Source of the DNA: Tubulanus polymorphus
Lineage: Eukaryota > Animalia > Nemertea
DNA length: 64,000 nucleotides
NCBI RefSeq assembly: GCF_964204645.1
Contig: NC_134031.1
Span: 19,413,910-19,477,909 of the forward strand
Direction of reading: 5' to 3'
The notes beneath the pieces were generated by a model. That model did no database searches and was not told the origin of the DNA. It was given only the letters and a program-made list of their open reading frames with translations. Position numbers and translations under genes: made by a program. Each line of letters opens with the position of its first letter. Within the stretch, counting starts at the first letter, position 1. Positions 63,645 to 64,000 of this stretch are shown here, piece after piece.

Positions 63645-64000
63645 TGAAAAATGAAAATCAATCAAAAAAAGTTTAAAACGATATTAAGATACCGACTCAA
63701 TAAACTCAGCGTTTAACGAATAGCGACATTTTTTCATCGGATGAGTATCTGGTGGATCCTTGATTGCCATAGTCGAATGCAGAGGCCACGGGGTAGTAGT
63801 ATAGAGCGCAATGAAATCGGGTATTAAAACGATTGAGTAAAATAGATACATAGCCGTGTAAAAAACAAACTCATCGCGATCGAGAAAGCTCGGCATCAAT
63901 ATCTTCAAACTCATAGTTTCTCACGTAACATTCGTTCGCAATTTCGTGGCATTTCAATTAAAGAATAGTAATACATGGCTATACAGTTTCTGACGCCAAC

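Overview
Intron-rich, AT-rich animal genomic DNA, probably from a lophotrochozoan invertebrate (inferred from gene content; not confirmed). It is not prokaryotic, so the ORF track mostly shows single exons, and I spliced genes by hand using GT-AG phase. In order: (1) an 8-exon RO60/TROVE2 gene (696-6814, +) whose first intron has a ~160-bp palindrome carrying a minimal hammerhead-ribozyme motif of the Penelope-retroelement type; (2) a variant ionotropic glutamate receptor / IR-like gene (~11.9-19.4 kb, +) with one splice donor quadruplicated by a perfect 62-bp tandem repeat; (3) two very large convergent (tail-to-tail) GRL101-like LDLa-LRR GPCR genes (21.7-35.1 kb + and 36.0-48.8 kb -) with kringle/MAM/C-type lectin/discoidin/CUB ectodomains; (4) an intronless, divergent SLC18-like MFS transporter; (5) a 3-exon KCNMB/CaKB-like channel auxiliary subunit; (6) a PAN/apple-like exon bracketed by Helitron-like termini. 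Many MITE and SINE remnants are scattered throughout. The best candidate for an undescribed system is the GPCR pair. The two genes alternate between near-identical tracts (introns included) and strongly diverged, exon-shuffled lectin/kringle regions, and both keep a C-terminal tail resembling a degenerate protein-kinase C-lobe. Domain calls come from motif recognition only; no database searches were run.
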